Assembly: GCA_951406725.2 (NCBI GenBank)
Contig: OX597831.1
Location: 2,170,001 to 2,234,000, forward strand
DNA: 64,000 nucleotides
DNA from: Octopus vulgaris
Lineage: Eukaryota
Reading direction: 5' to 3'
Shown one piece after another: positions 12,418 through 26,492 of this stretch. Both the position numbers and the translations under genes were made by a program. Every line of letters starts with the position of its first letter. Position 1 is the stretch's first letter. Below the pieces are notes generated by a model. The model did not search any database, was not told where the DNA came from, and saw nothing but the letters and a program-made list of their open reading frames with translations.

Positions 12418-13537
12418 TGGAGAAAAGGAGGGAAAATTGTTTGGAGTGTTTACTTCTGGTCTTTGGTATTCTGGGAAGAGTACAAGGAGGTAGTGCTTTG
12501 AAATACATTGCCACCCGAGCTGAACTCCACTAAAAGCACCCAAGGGCCAGATAATGGTATCAAGTCAGGCAGCATCATGTGTCTATCACATCCTTAGAAA
12601 AAGGGGGAAAATTTTCTCCATCACATATAACATGACTTCATCATATTAGAAGAGTGACAGGAGGAATAATGAGTTTGCAGGATTGATATATTTTGTCTTA
12701 ACCATAGCAGCAGTAGTGGCAGTAGCAATAATAGTAATAACTTGTTATTGTTATCAACAGTGCGGTTAGTATTTTGTGTCAATGATATGAATATTCATAC
12801 AGTAATCATTTTCTTATCTCATTTAATGAATTATACATGTTTGTGCAACTAATGTTGCTTTTTTTTGTTGCTATAAACTCTGTCCTGTTTATGGCTAATT
12901 TTGGGAGGCATTTCAATTTGTTGTGTACACCATGTTTTTATCAACAAGACATGCACACAGAAAAAAAAAACTCAAAAAAAAACCTAAACAAAAAACCCCC
13001 AGACCTTAAAGAATTACTCAGTATGAGAAAAATGTTTCCAGCTCTTTTGTAAAACAATCCAAAAAGGAATAATTTTCTGTCAGTAAGACAGTGGTAATAA
13101 ACCAAAATTTTGCAAGTTACAATTATAAGAATCCTGTCTACTAAAATTTTGAGGGAGGGGCGCTAGTCAATTACATCAATCCCAATATTCAACAGGTACT
13201 TGCTTCACTGATTCTGAAAAGATGAAACGTAAAGTCAACCTTGGCAGAATTTGAACTCAGAATGTAAAACTAGAAGAAATGTTTCTAAGGATTTTGCTAC
13301 TAAGGTCTGATGATGATGGTTCCAAATTTTGGCACAATGCCAGCAATCTCAGGGGAAGGGATAAGTTGATTACATCAACTCTAATGCTTAACTGGTACTT
13401 ATTTTATCAACCCTGAAAGGATGAAAGGCAAAGTTGACTTCGGTGGAATTTGACTGAACCCAGAATGTAAAAACTGAAGGAAATGCTACTAAGTGTTTTT
13501 CCTGGCATGCTAACAAGCCTGCCAGCTCACTGCCTTC

Positions 13538-13566
13538 ATAATAATAATAATAATAATAATAATAAT
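13538..13566. repeat. (AAT)n microsatellite; others at ~11817-11843, 7543-7572, 36003-36030
   Basis: Direct inspection; mostly at SINE ends. Confidence 0.9.
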
Positions 13567-15666
13567 GGTTTCAAACTTTGGCACAAGGTCAGAAATTTTG
13601 GGGAGAATTGACCCCCAGTGCTCAACTGATACAGTCACCTATATCAATTTTGACAAATGAGTGTTAGAAGGAAAAGATTTAAAAATTTAAAAAAAAGGAT
13701 TAAAAAACAAAAGAAGCTGCATTTATTCACAACGGATGCAGGAATGTAATTTGAGTCCAAGTATGGATTTTGCTATGAAGTCATATTGATGATTTTGATT
13801 TTTCCTGGGATTGGACAAATGTGTCTGTTGATTGCAGGATATAATTCTTTTATTGTTCTGTTTCTTCACCTCAAATTGTTTAAATGCATTATGACACATT
13901 TTATGCCATGCAGATCAATCTAAGCAATAACTTTCCCAAAATGTTAAATTAAGCTGTAGGGCTTATAGTGATTGTTTCAACTTCTCCATATACCTAAGGA
14001 TGAGGCATCCTTTACCATGGAATCCCTCCACTTGTTGAACACACAAAGGGATTTTTTAATGCAGTTATCTTGCATTCAAACATGTCATGCCCATCTGCAC
14101 TGAATTCTCAACAACCTGCTTTTGATGATAATAATTCTTTCTATGATAGGCACAAGGCCCAAAATCTTGAAGGTGAAGTGTAGTTGATTATATTGATCCT
14201 GAAAGGATGAAAGGCAAAGGTGACCTTGGTGGAACCTGAACTCAGAAATGTTAAGTCATAAGAAATGCTGAAAAGCATTTTGTCCTGTGTCCTGTTTCTG
14301 CCAGCTTGCTGCCATGGTTTCAAATTTTGGCACATGGCAAACAATTTTTAGGGGAAGGGTAAGACACTTACATTGGTTCCCAGTTCTTAACTGGTACTTA
14401 TTTTATCAACTCCAAAAGAATGAAAAGTAAAGATCTGTTCCTCACTCAAAACTCATATCCAACCCTATCTCAACTTCTTCTGTTGAGAGCTGCAGCAAGC
14501 CACTGAAAGCATTAACCTGTTAGCATTTAAACTAATCATATCTGGATAAATTATTCTACCTGTTTTTTGCTCAAACTGGTCATATTTAGCTTCTCATACC
14601 TTACTCTACAATGTCATTCTAAAACTAAATAATTACATCATCAAAGTTTTGTAGCTACAAGACATTACCTGATTAATGCAAAACAATGTGAATAAATAAG
14701 TTTTGCTTTTGACTAAGTAATCTGAATACTTAAGGGTTAAAGTCCATCATTACTAATCCACTACTACTGCCAAACTGTTAAGATAACTACTGCTGGAAAA
14801 GAATACACATCTGCTAAGAATTGAACAACACATATCCATCATAGTCCATTTTGTTACCATGTCACATTTTCTGACACCTAAGGCCGTCAAACGCCTTCAT
14901 GTCAGTATCAGAGAATGATCAAGTGCCATTTTCACTGCTAGGTTGTCAGTCAAGATACCTTTTCTAATTTACTTTCAAGCTGCTCGCCTAATCTGGGATT
15001 TGAACTTTGAATGCTCTTGAAGCAGCTATCTGATAGAATCATTAGCACACCAGGCAAAATGCTTAGTGGCATTTTGGCTGTCTTTATGTTCTGAGTTCAA
15101 ATTCTGCTGAGGTTGATGTTGGCTTTCATTCTTTCAGGGTCAATAAAATAAGTACCAGTCAAGCACTGGAGTCGATGCAATTGACTTTCTCCTCCTTTTG
15201 AAAACTGATAGCCCTGTGCTAAAATTTGGGACCATTACCTCTAGTGCTCTTAATTGCCCTATTTTATTTTCAGGCATAATGTATTTATATGCTGTTCCTC
15301 TTTTAAGATGGTAGGGTGTAATCTGAAGGTGATTTAGCTTATAAGTTACATGAAGTAGCAGTAGTAGTAGTCCTCCTACTGGTAGTGGTGGTGGTGACAA
15401 GTTTTGCTTTAATTTGTTAATCCAAATAGGTTATGCAATATCTGTACTGTCTACAAGTGTCAACATTGACTGTAGTTCTTGTTGAAGTTGTTTATTGTTG
15501 TTGTTAACACAATAGGTTTTCTTAGAATTTCTCCTACAACAATTCCCGATATATTGCAATGTAAACCAATTAAACACATGTCTATAATATAGTGTCTCTG
15601 CTATTTATAACAAGGTCTATACACGAACTAATGAATGAGAGAGCCTCCATATGGTCACTGGCACGT

Positions 15667-15978
15667 TGTCAGTTACGATGACACGGGTTCCAGCTGATCT
15701 GATCAATGGACCAGCCTGCTCTTGAAATTAATGTGCAAGTGGCTGAGCACTCCACAGACACATAAACCCTTCATGTAGTTCACAGGGAGATTCAGCATGA
15801 CACAATGTGATATGGCCAGCCCTTCGAATTACAGGTACACCTCATTTTTGCCAGCTGAGTGGACTGGAGCAATGTGAAATAAAGTGTCTTGCTCAAGGTC
15901 ACAATGCACAGCCAGGAATTTAACTCTTGATCTTACAATTGTGAGTAGATTACCTCAACCACTAAGCCATGCACCTTC
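15667..15978 (-). mobile_element. Family-D SINE (head 2 + tail 1)
   Basis: Head with TGACCTTGAGCAAGACACTT...GCTCCAGTCCACTCAGCTGG. Tail alignable to 24650-24810. Confidence 0.75.
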
Positions 15979-16344
15979 ATGGTCACTAGAACTGCTAGAA
16001 ATAGAAGCCAAATTACAGTTTTGAATGGGATAAATGGATACACTGGATAATGTAGTCTGAGACAGGTGATGCACAAGAGGAAAGGGACTGTCAGGACTGC
16101 AACATCTTTGGCCATAGGTAACTCTGTCAGTGCTAACCTGTGGCTAAACAACAAGGATGGCCATATGTTTGTTTAGCTTCTGCCCCATCAAGGAGTGTTA
16201 AAATAGTAAACCAACAAGCTTATCTCATTTTTGCCCAACTTGCCAACTGATGTGAAACACTGCATTTATAAATGCACACCCCTGCATCAGGAAATTAAAC
16301 ACCGAAGTAATGAATGAGCCTCAACTGCAAATCAATGAGGAAGA

Positions 16345-16520
16345 CAATGTGGTTGCTTGGACAGCTAGAAATAGCAGCCAAATTTCTCACAAATTACAAC
16401 CTACCGGCTCAAGAAAAGGAAGAAGGCTTTGAATAATGTAGTCCTAGATTTACAATGTCTGAAAAAAAAAAAGGGACAAGAATGATCATTACTGGAACAC
16501 CTTTGATCATTAGTATGTTT
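16345..16520 (+). repeat. Old dispersed repeat (family E); related pieces near 4550-4780, 15980-16150, 37050-37190, 38030-38110, 50400-50500
   Basis: Recurring CTGCTAGAAATAGCAGCCAAAT...GGATAATGTAGTCCTAGA motif; class not determined. Confidence 0.55.
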
Positions 16521-19347
16521 TATTGCATAAGGGCCAATTAATTGTGTCAAGCATAAATCTTTCTCTCCAGACATTCCATAACTGATTATACCAATAAGTT
16601 ATTAATCCTATTAATTGTTGGATGAAAAGAAAAATGGAGTTGTAATATATATATATTCTTATCTCTGGGCATTGTTAATTAAAAAACTTTTTCAAAAAAT
16701 GAAGCCTAGCTTTGATTCAGACTTGGCACAGCAACTAATAATTATTAGTTGACCTAACGATAATAGTTAAAGCTAATCTCTCTCAGGCCCAGTGTTGTGT
16801 GAAATCAGCCGTAACCAAACCATATCATGTCACACTCAAGTTATGCATTCATAATTTGTTTTACATTTTTAATAGTTTACTAATTGCTATAATTTAAACA
16901 TTCTTTCACATATTAATAACAAAACTAAATGACATTTCCAGAACCAGTTTTCCTCTCTGGAGCCAGAATATAAAACTGAACAATTATCTACCCTCTTCAA
17001 GACGCAGGTGTAATCCTCATTAGCGAACAACTTGTATAGTAAACTGACTATTTCAATAAATTGAACTACCTACTTACCATATAACATTTACGGCTGAGTA
17101 CTTCACAAACGTGTCTTTTTGTAACCATTAGGTAAATTGAGTGTCATAATTGAAAATGAGCGCAGAGAAATAATTGAAAGAAACCAGTATCCATGTTTTC
17201 AAACAACGTGGATAAGTACAGGTATATCAAACACCATATAACATAAATTTTTGATTTATTAAAATTATCTCCACAGGTGCAGGCATGTTTGTGTGATAAG
17301 AAACTTGCTTCCCAGCCACACGATTCCAGGTTCAGTCCCACTGCATGCCACCTTGGGCAAGTGTCTTCTGCTATGGTCTTACACTGACCAAAGCCTTGCG
17401 AGTGGATTTAGTAGGTGGAAACTGAAAGAAGCCCATCCTATATATATATATGTATATGTATCTATGTGTGTGTGTCTTTGTGTTTGTCCTCCACCACTGC
17501 TGGACAACTGGTGTTGGTGTGTTTATGTCCCTGTAACTAAGCCGTTCGGTAAAAGAGATTGATAGAATAAGTACTAGGTTTAAAAAAAAGTCCTGGGGTC
17601 GACTTCTCCGACTACAACTCTTCAAGGCAGAGCTCCAGCATGGCTGTAGTCTAATGACTGAGACAAGTAAAAGAATCCGGAGGATGCTATCAAATGGCAA
17701 TGAAAACTAGTTCCACACGAAAAGGGAGTGATAATCTAATCTCAGGAATCAAGAATTCTTCAAAGTTGAGAAGCCATTAAAGAAAAGGACAAGCTTATTT
17801 TCTGGAGCTAAGAGGACAGTCATTTATGCATGTTTCTAGCTCAATAGCTGTTATCAGCACAGCAATTGCCCAACCATATCTCTTGGTGCTTTAAACTACA
17901 GCTAGTCCTTCCAATGGTTTTCTAGTTTCTGCCAATTCAATTTCACTTCACAAGGCTTCAGTCTGGTAGCACAATGAACACTTCATTCAACCACATCTAT
18001 ATCCCTATATCTATCACACACAGACACACTCTCTCTCTCTCATGCACCACATCACAAAATAATTTTAATGTGGAGCTGATTATATAAACTCTATTTCCTT
18101 CATTTATGTGATATTTGATTTTTAAAAATTTAGTCTGTTAAGGAAGGGCAATGGTTATAACCTTTGAAGGCCATCTCAAGCTGGAAATGGAACTATTCTG
18201 AGAAAAATGTAAGCATGGAAAGAATTCCTAAAAGTTGCACTTTTAATCATTTAATATTTAATCCTTTAGCATTCAGCCTATTCTCTCAATTGTAATGCTT
18301 ATTTATTCACATTGTTTTGAATTTATCATGTATTATCTCATGGCTTCAAGATTTTGATAATTAATTTAAGGATAACAATAAAGAAAAAAAAAACCAAAGG
18401 CTAAAACGAAAGCAAAAACTCAAAACAAAAACAAAACGAATAATTTTAGACACACGCGTAACAATTAAGAAAAAAAAAACCGAAAGGCTAAAATTTAGGG
18501 TGAGGGTTAGAGTTAGTGACAGGATGTTGTCTCAGTTTTAGGCGCAGCAAATGATTTTAGCTCAATAGAGGCCATAGGATTGGTTAAAATTCGAAAAATT
18601 AAACTACGTTAAACTTTAAAATTACAATTTTCTCAAGAAAGCCAAGAGAAAAATTTTTTTTATTTTGACACATTCTACCAGTATACGAAGTTTAAAAGTG
18701 TTTAGTTAATTAGAAATTGTGTTGAAAACTGCCGTTCAAAAGGAAAAGATCCCTGTTTTCTCTTAAAGGGTACATGATCAAGAAACGAGTGCCTTCCTAT
18801 TTCAGTATTTACAACAGTAGATAATCTACTGTATATTATGATATAGTTTCATTTTTTAATATTTCATTTTATTAACATATAAAGCGCGATAGGCGACGAC
18901 CGTGGACATTAGGCACAGGTCAACAGGCGACGATCGTGGCCCAGATAGATGCATTTGATTTAGAGGCGTTTGTTGAAATGTCAGTCAAAAAATAGTTCAA
19001 CTAATGTCTTTTCAGATGATGTAAAACTTGCCACATTATATACTAAGAAGATATTTAAACTATTTTTTGTTTTTTATGTGTGCATGGTAGTTGTCATTTT
19101 CATAAAATGTGCTCAGCAGTCCATGCTATGTGAGTGCAAATCCCAGCGCTTTATGGGTTAAAGCGGCGTGCTGAAGAATCTTTAGCACGCCGGGCTTAGC
19201 GGCACTTCGTCTGTATTTACGTTCTGAGTTCAAATTCCGCCGGAGTTGACTTTGACTTTCATCCTTTCGGGTCGATAAAATAAGTACCAGTTAAACACTG
19301 AGGATCGGTTTAATCGACTTAGCCTCTCCCCAAACCTGTTGGCCTTG

Positions 19348-19392
<45 letters not shown>

Positions 19393-21413
19393 CAGGTGGC
19401 ACGTAAAAAGCACCCACTACACTTACGGAGTGGTTGGCGTTAGGAAGGGCATCCAGCTGTAGAAACATTGCTAGATAAGACTGGAGCCTGGTGTAGCCAT
19501 CTGGCTTCCCAGATCCCCGGTCGAACCGTCCAACCCATGCTAGCTTTGAGAACGGACGTTAAACGATGATGATGATGATGATATATATATATATATAATT
19601 ATTAGATAATTTTGGGGTTTTTTTCATAACGGTGAGAGTGGAAAAATTTGCAATCGAATCCCATCAATTATACAAATGTGAGGAGTGATTTTGGCGAAAA
19701 TAAGATGCTCATCATATATGAAGTTTTGCATTATTTAAAAAAGAATATTAATGATTTATCATAAGAGATAAAATTAAATTGAGAGTACTTTCTAATGTTT
19801 TTATAAGGTAAAATTAAGAGAAATTATTTCGTTTTATCTGGCATATAATCCCACAAGAAAAACAATTCCATTTAACTCAATGAAACATTCTAAAGGAAAA
19901 CTTCTAAATTGAAAGTGAAAGAAATTCACAAATGATTAGTTGGAATTCTAAGAAAAGTTTCAAAGGTGAGCTGAAATTACTATCTTAAAACTTTTCCGTC
20001 GTTGTTACTCCCACATTAGCATTTGCTCGAGATAAACCTCGCAAATACTTGGAGACTAACTATGAGAAAAGTTAACGTAAAGGTTCGAGTCTGAACACGC
20101 TGTTTACCAACAGACCTGAAAGTTTTGGCCGCAAGGAACCTTACCTTCGTTACCCGTTAACTACACAAGATCAGAAGATGCAAGGCTTGTACAGAAGGAA
20201 AAAAAATGTTACCTTGGTTGTTGACAGTTAAGTAACAGACATGAATATTATTATCATATTTTATCTAAAATAATTTCGAAAAAAATCGATGGTCGGCGCT
20301 AAGATCCAACCGGATTCACAATCTTAAAAGTTTATCACCAATTCCTTTCTTTTGAAATATATCGAATTAGCTGTCTTATTTTACTTCCAAAAATTGCATT
20401 TTTTACATATTGTGGTGCAGGTGTCTAATATGGGTTCTATCGATTTGTTGTCAACGAATTCTTCAGTTCTTCAAATTTTGAACTATCAAGACATTTACTT
20501 TTTTTTATCCTAAAGCTTTACTTTATAGAAACTCTCATCATAGTGTTTGTTGGATTTTGTTTTCAAACTAGAGTGTTTGAGTTACATTTGGCGAAAATTT
20601 TCGTAATAATGTATTTATTTTACCAAAATAAAATTCTTCTCTGGCCGCCAAACAATCTATATCAATCACATTATCCAACGTGCCCTTTTATAAAGCGGCA
20701 GAATGTAATTTGAAGTAGATTTGGATGTTTTAACAAGCTCTGCGACCACGATGAAGCTTTTTCGTCGCCCCCAAGTAAACAACACTCAAAGCTTCCCCCC
20801 GCTAACATTTTTACGATTCATTAAATTACTTCAAGCTAGGTATTCAACCATATCTTAGGGGATAAAATCTGCAGAGAGCGAACTAACAGATCAATACATA
20901 TAAATAATTCACATGAAAATGAACAGTAACGAAGCCGGGTAAATGACAAAGTTCTTCACCTTCAAAGAAAGTGAGAGAAGATAGATAACAGCTTTTATCA
21001 TTTAAAGTGTATAACTCTGAATAATCGAGCTATAAGCCTATAGTGAAGTTGTTCTCGATCGCTCATCAAAGTGTTACACCCGTCGTCAAAATAAAAATGT
21101 AAACAATTAGAGCTGCTTAACTCGAAGAATGATTAACGTGACAGAATCTCGGCTTCTCGCTTTTAAATACTTCATCGTATAGTTTGGTAGAGAAAGTTGT
21201 TGTTTATTATAAAGGGCAACGTGCCGCAAGAGAGACGAAGACTTAGATTTACGGATTTTGGGACATCATAGCATTCATTCTCTTTCTCAAGAGCATTGGA
21301 GACGTTAGCGTAGAGGTTACGATAGGCAAACGAAACCGAATTAAGGGATCGGTTTTGATCAGACATCTACGCAGCACGAAGAAAGATTTATAAAAAAAAT
21401 AATTAATTCTCAC

Positions 21414-21569
21414 CATAGGTTTGAACCATATTGTCTGGTATGGTTTGTTTCGACAAGATCGCAGTAATCTGGTAGTTTGGAAAGCTGATTTCGATTGATT
21501 TAGAGAATAAATAAGTTCGGAAGAAATACTCCAGTCGATGTGTGCCGAGCGAAATAATGCAGTGGCCAT
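21414..21569 (-). CDS. ABCB7: Probable ABCB7 first coding exon (MATALFRSAHIDWSISSELIYSLNQSKSAFQTTRLLRSCRNKPYQTIWFKPM), mitochondrial presequence-like
   Basis: ATG in gagATGG context within a CpG-richer non-repetitive island. Arg/Ser-rich N-terminus; donor ATG|GTGAGA in phase 0, matching downstream exons. Confidence 0.75.
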
Positions 21570-21700
21570 CTCTGTGGTGCGACACCGTTTGTTACCTCCC
21601 TTTGCTTCTCACACATTTAACGAGGGTCGCTTACAGTCATAAAAAAAAACATTGCTCTCAAAATGCTATTGTGGTTTTCTTAGAAATAAAGAAATATATC
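21570..21700 (-). promoter_or_regulatory. Putative ABCB7 promoter/5'UTR region
   Basis: Unique, CpG-retaining sequence immediately upstream of the inferred first exon. No specific motif is claimed. Confidence 0.4.
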
Positions 21701-22966
21701 CGGATACAATTGCTTAGATATATATATACATATATATATAAATAGCTAAAGAGATATAATATCATGGTTAAAAAAAAATTATGAAAACTTTTAAAGATTC
21801 GTGTTAAAGTTTATTTTCAATGATGTTACGACGATCTTCCTTGAAGACGAATTTTAAAGTGAAACTGTTACAAGTTTGATGGATTTTTGTTGGACGGATC
21901 CGTTACGAAATAAGTTGACTTTTTTTGGCATTTTAATTAATCTTTCTAAGAAAGGATAAAGCTCATTTAGGTGAATGATTAAATACAGGAGTAAATTATT
22001 TCAGAAATGTTTGGACAAATGTTTATTTCACATTACAACACTGCTGACAAGGCGAGGCACTTTAAAGAAATCACACCACACAATCCATCGACTGAGAAGG
22101 CGAGGGTTATATTGTCATTACGAAGCAACACCTCTGATCTGATCAATAGCCAGTATGAATTAACAACAGTTGGATTATTCCAGCCGACCCTGGCCAATTC
22201 AACATAGACATATTGTAATATTTTATTTGTTTAAAAACATCTCCATCGTGAGTTTTTTTTTTGTCTTTTTTTTTGCTCCCTAACCCTATCTCTATATCCG
22301 AATTTTTATTTTATTAATATTGCTTAAACTATTCGAGAAAACTTGATTAAGTCCATTTATCAGGTTTGCTCAGATGCTTTGCGAAAGGACATGAGACAAC
22401 ATTCTTATTTGTGGAAGGACAATACTCATACATACTCATTGCGTAAATTTACTAAGGTTAACAATATCCTTTTACTAACCCATTTGAGTCTTATAGGACA
22501 GAACGTGTTAAGAAATGAGAGCTCGAACCAAAAGGACCACAACGCAGTCACCCTTCATTGAACCTTAGCAAAAGGATCGTCCGCTTTTTTCTTTCTTTTT
22601 CTTTTTCAGAAAAGTTTTGCGATAAAATCCTAAAGAAAATCCAGCACCTTGTCGTATATTGTTGTTTGTAGTACCAGACCAGTCTATGATCAGTATAGCT
22701 TACGGTCAATAACCTCACAACCAGGAAGCGAATTAAAGTAAATCAATAGGGCTTAAGATTCTCAGGTAAACTCTGAAAGTGGACGCTATCCTTCAATGTA
22801 ATCGTCGTTCACTATCTTCTCCACTCAGCCCTTTCTCATTGTAATAATAACAAGCAGCATTCTTCCTTATGATTAGGGTACGATTATATCTGGATTGAGA
22901 GTCATTTTAGAAAGAAAAAATTTGATATTTATTCAAAGTCACACTCTACCAACCAGTAAGGGCATA

Positions 22967-23860
22967 CCTATATAAATGTGCCTCCCAGACCAATTTTGTT
23001 TCCTCATAACTTTTAGAAAAATGGATATTTCCCTTCATGAAATTTGGTACAAATACCTTACACACTGTATCGGAATTTCTTGTGAAAAAGTTTCCAGAGG
23101 CCCGTTTCGGAAAATTTTAAACATTTTCCTCATAATTTAAAAAGGAAAGTTATTATTTTTTAATCATTTTTTTTTACATATACATAGGCGCAGGAGTGGC
23201 TGTGTGGCAAGTAGCTTGCTTACCAACCACATGGTTCTGGGTTCAGTCCCACTGCTTGGCACCTTGGGCAAGTCTCTTCTACTATGTAGCCTCGGGTCGA
23301 CCAAAGCCTCATTAGTGGATTTGGTAGACGGAAACTGAAAGAAGCCCGTCGTATATATGTTTGTGTGACAACCGATGCTGGTGTGTTTACGTCCCCGTAA
23401 CTTAAGCGGTTCGGCAAAAGACCCCCGATAGAATAAGTACTAGGCTTACAAAGAATAACTCCTGGGGTCGATTTGCTCGACTAAATGCGGTGCTTCAGCA
23501 TGGCCGCAGTCAAATGACTGAAACAAGTAAAAGAGATACCTGTGGAGATTAAGATTATATCGGAATATAATGTAAAAAAAGAATGGTGGGCGCGCACACA
23601 ATCTTCTTATCACACAACTACGCCTGCGCCTATATCTTGAAATTTTGAAAAAAAATTGTGATTGCGTGTCAGTATGTGTATGTTCGTGCCCACAATTTTC
23701 TTTTCTGTTTTTTTTTTTTTAATTTTATATTCTTTTTACATCTCAATTGTAATCTACACCACCTGAAAAATATATGTAGAAAATTTCACTAAAAAAATAA
23801 GATCTATTTTTCTGAAAGTTATGAAGAAACAAAGTCGTGGTGGCAGCACACTTGTATAGG
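22967..23860. mobile_element. Long-TIR non-autonomous DNA transposon (TA flanks) carrying a nested family-A SINE
   Basis: ~100-bp imperfect inverted repeats: CCTATATAAATGTG...TTTGTTTCCTCATAACTTTTAGAAAAAT versus the reverse complement at ~23770-23860. Confidence 0.75.
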
Positions 23861-24631
23861 TATGTTGGATAGTTACTACTGGAATAATTCCAATCATAGG
23901 TTTGTTGGATCAGCATTGACCCAAGATTAAATAATGAAAACTGGGCGATGATAGGCCTCACCATTGTAATTATATCTTGGAGAACGTTCGCCCATAACAG
24001 AGGAAAAACTACAAATACACTTTAGTTTTTATTCAGGACCACAGAATATTTTACCACCTTTACAACTATTAACCCTCTGTAATGTGAGACCCACTTTGAT
24101 GTACTGCTCTTTTACCTGCTACACAGACATTCTACATTGCATCCAGAAGAGGACTACTTAATTCATTGGCATGAATCACTCATTTACAAACTTCAGCCTC
24201 TGACCTACAGATATGTTGTTTCCTCATGCCTTTTTACAGTTACTGCAACTGCTTCTGCTCCTTGGAACTGCTTGGTCTCATACTGCCTCTAGCCGGGCAA
24301 TCTGAATTTACTTGTCTTTTTTCCTCATCATCCATATTATATCCAGCCTCTCTAGACCTGCACAAATCACTACCATCAATGCTTTCTTCCTTGAACCCCC
24401 CCCCCTCACCTGGAAATTCAGTCTCTGTACATGCCTTTCTTACAGTAAGTGACTTGCAGTAATTAACGTGGGATGTTAACAGTATCAGTCTGACTAGTCT
24501 GAGAGTCCTCCATCAGCTATGACCACAGCCTCGTTCTTGCAGAATAAAATAATTATTTCTAATTTTGAGCATAAAGCCAGCAGTTTTGAGGGGCTGGAAG
24601 TTGATTACATCTTCCTCAGTGTGTGACTAGT

Positions 24632-24999
24632 GGTGGAAGCACTCCGTCCGACGAGGGTTCCGGTTGATCCGAATCAACGGAACAGCCTGCTCGTGAAATT
24701 AACGTGTAAGTGGCTGAGCACTCCACAGACACGTGTACCCTTAACGTAGTTCTCGGGGATATTCAGAGTGACAAGGCCGGCCCTTTGAAATACAGGTACA
24801 ACAGAAACAGGAAGTAAGAGTGAGAGAAAGTTGTGGTGAAAGAGTACAGCAGGGATCACCACCATCCCCTGCCAGAGCCTCGTGGAGCTTTAGGTGTTTT
24901 CGCTCAATAAACACTCACAACGCCCGGTCTGGGAATCGAAACCGCGATCCTATGACCGCGAGTCCGCTGCCCTAATCACTGGGCCATTGCGCCTCCACT
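24632..24999 (-). mobile_element. Family-D tRNA-derived SINE (head 1 + tail 1) nested in a family-B SINE
   Basis: tRNA-like head GGAGGCGCAATGGCCCAGTG...GGTTTCGATTCCC. 8-bp TSD TGACTAGT at 24624-24631 and 25000-25007. Confidence 0.85.
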
Positions 25000-26449
25000 T
25001 GACTAGTACTTATTTTATCAACCTCAAAAAGATAAAAAAGCGAAGTTGACCTTGATAATATTTGAACTCAGAATGTAAAGCTGGAAGAAATGCTGCTAAG
25101 CGTGTGTCAGGGTTGATTACCAGTTTAATTCTCTTCTCTGAATGTTTCTCCTATGTAAGGTCAGCATTGATAATACATTCAGTTATTTACTAATCTTGGT
25201 GCCATGTGGTGTTTTGAATTTTAAGTCACCATTAGTTAACCTCCTGAGATCACTCTCTTTTACTCTTTTACTTGTTTCAGTCATTTGACTGCGGCCATGT
25301 TGGAGCACCGCCTTTAGTCGAGCAAATCGACCCCGGGACTTATTCTTTGTAAGCCCAGTACTTATTCTATCGGTCTCTTTTGCCGAACCGCTAAGTGACG
25401 GGGACGTAAACACACCAGCATCGGTTGTCAAGCAATTCTAGGGGGACAAACACACACACACAGACATACATATATATACATATATACGACAGGCTTCTTT
25501 CAGTTTCCGTCTACCAAATCCACTCACAAGGCATTGGTCGGCCCAGGGCTATAGCAGAAGACACTTGCCCAAGATGCCACGCAGTGGGACTGAACCCGGA
25601 ACCATGTGGTTAGTTAGCAAGCTACTTACCACACAGCCACTCCTGTGCCTACTCTCTTTAACTTTGAAACACTTTCATATTTTGCATGACAAATGTTAAA
25701 AATTACGAAACAAATTTGGGCTCTCTTCTATATCTTTCTTTCTTTCTTCCCTGTTTGTAAGTTGGTTGTTTGAGGAGAAGCACTACCCAAGATCTTTGCA
25801 GGACTTGCAGACTGTTGAGATTGATATGCATTAGAGAATTTTACAGAAGCATATCATCTTATATCTGATGCTTGGCTTGTTTAGCTAGTGAGCCAAATCA
25901 CCAAGGGTACCTTCTATATTGTTCTTTCCTGCAAAAATGTAAGGCCATTAATGTTTTTAAGGGTGGATACTAATTCAGTTGTTGGTTCATTTTTGTCTCT
26001 CTATGTACACTTTAAATGTTATTTAGTCTCTTAGTCTTATGTATGGTTCTGCAAGTTTGGATTTTTATGAGGCAGCAAGCTTCCAGAATTATTAGCACAC
26101 TGGACAAAATGCTTAGTGGCATTTCTTCTAACTCTTTATGGTCTGAGTTCAAATCCCACTGTGGTCAACTAAGAAAACAGTTTCAAAATTTGGCACAAGA
26201 ACGACAATTTTAGAAGTTAGTTAATTACACAGCACACAGTACTCTCTTTTACTCTTTTACTTGTTTCAGTCATTTGACTGTGGCCATGCTGGAGCACCGC
26301 CTTTAGTCAAGCACATCGACCCCAGAACTTATTCTTTGTAAGCCTAGTACTTATTCTATCGGTCTCTTTTTGCTGAACCGCTAAGTTACGGGGATGTAAA
26401 CACACCAGCATCGGTTATCAAGCGATGTTGGGGGGACAAAAAGACACAA

Positions 26450-26492
<43 letters not shown>

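Noticed and set aside
17078-17130. Strong donor (ATG|GTAAGTAG) ending a short minus-strand frame MVTKRHVCEVLSRKCYM in ABCB7 intron 1
   Set aside because: No convincing in-frame acceptor, an upstream in-frame stop, and no ABCB7 similarity; an alternative first exon cannot be supported without RNA data.
18494-18516. Degenerate TTAGGG-like run
   Set aside because: Only 3-4 imperfect units inside a probable transposon fragment; not a credible interstitial telomere.
24925-24999. tRNA-like sequence on the minus strand
   Set aside because: It has A/B boxes but no proper acceptor stem and runs into a SINE body with a TSD, so it is a SINE head, not a tRNA gene.
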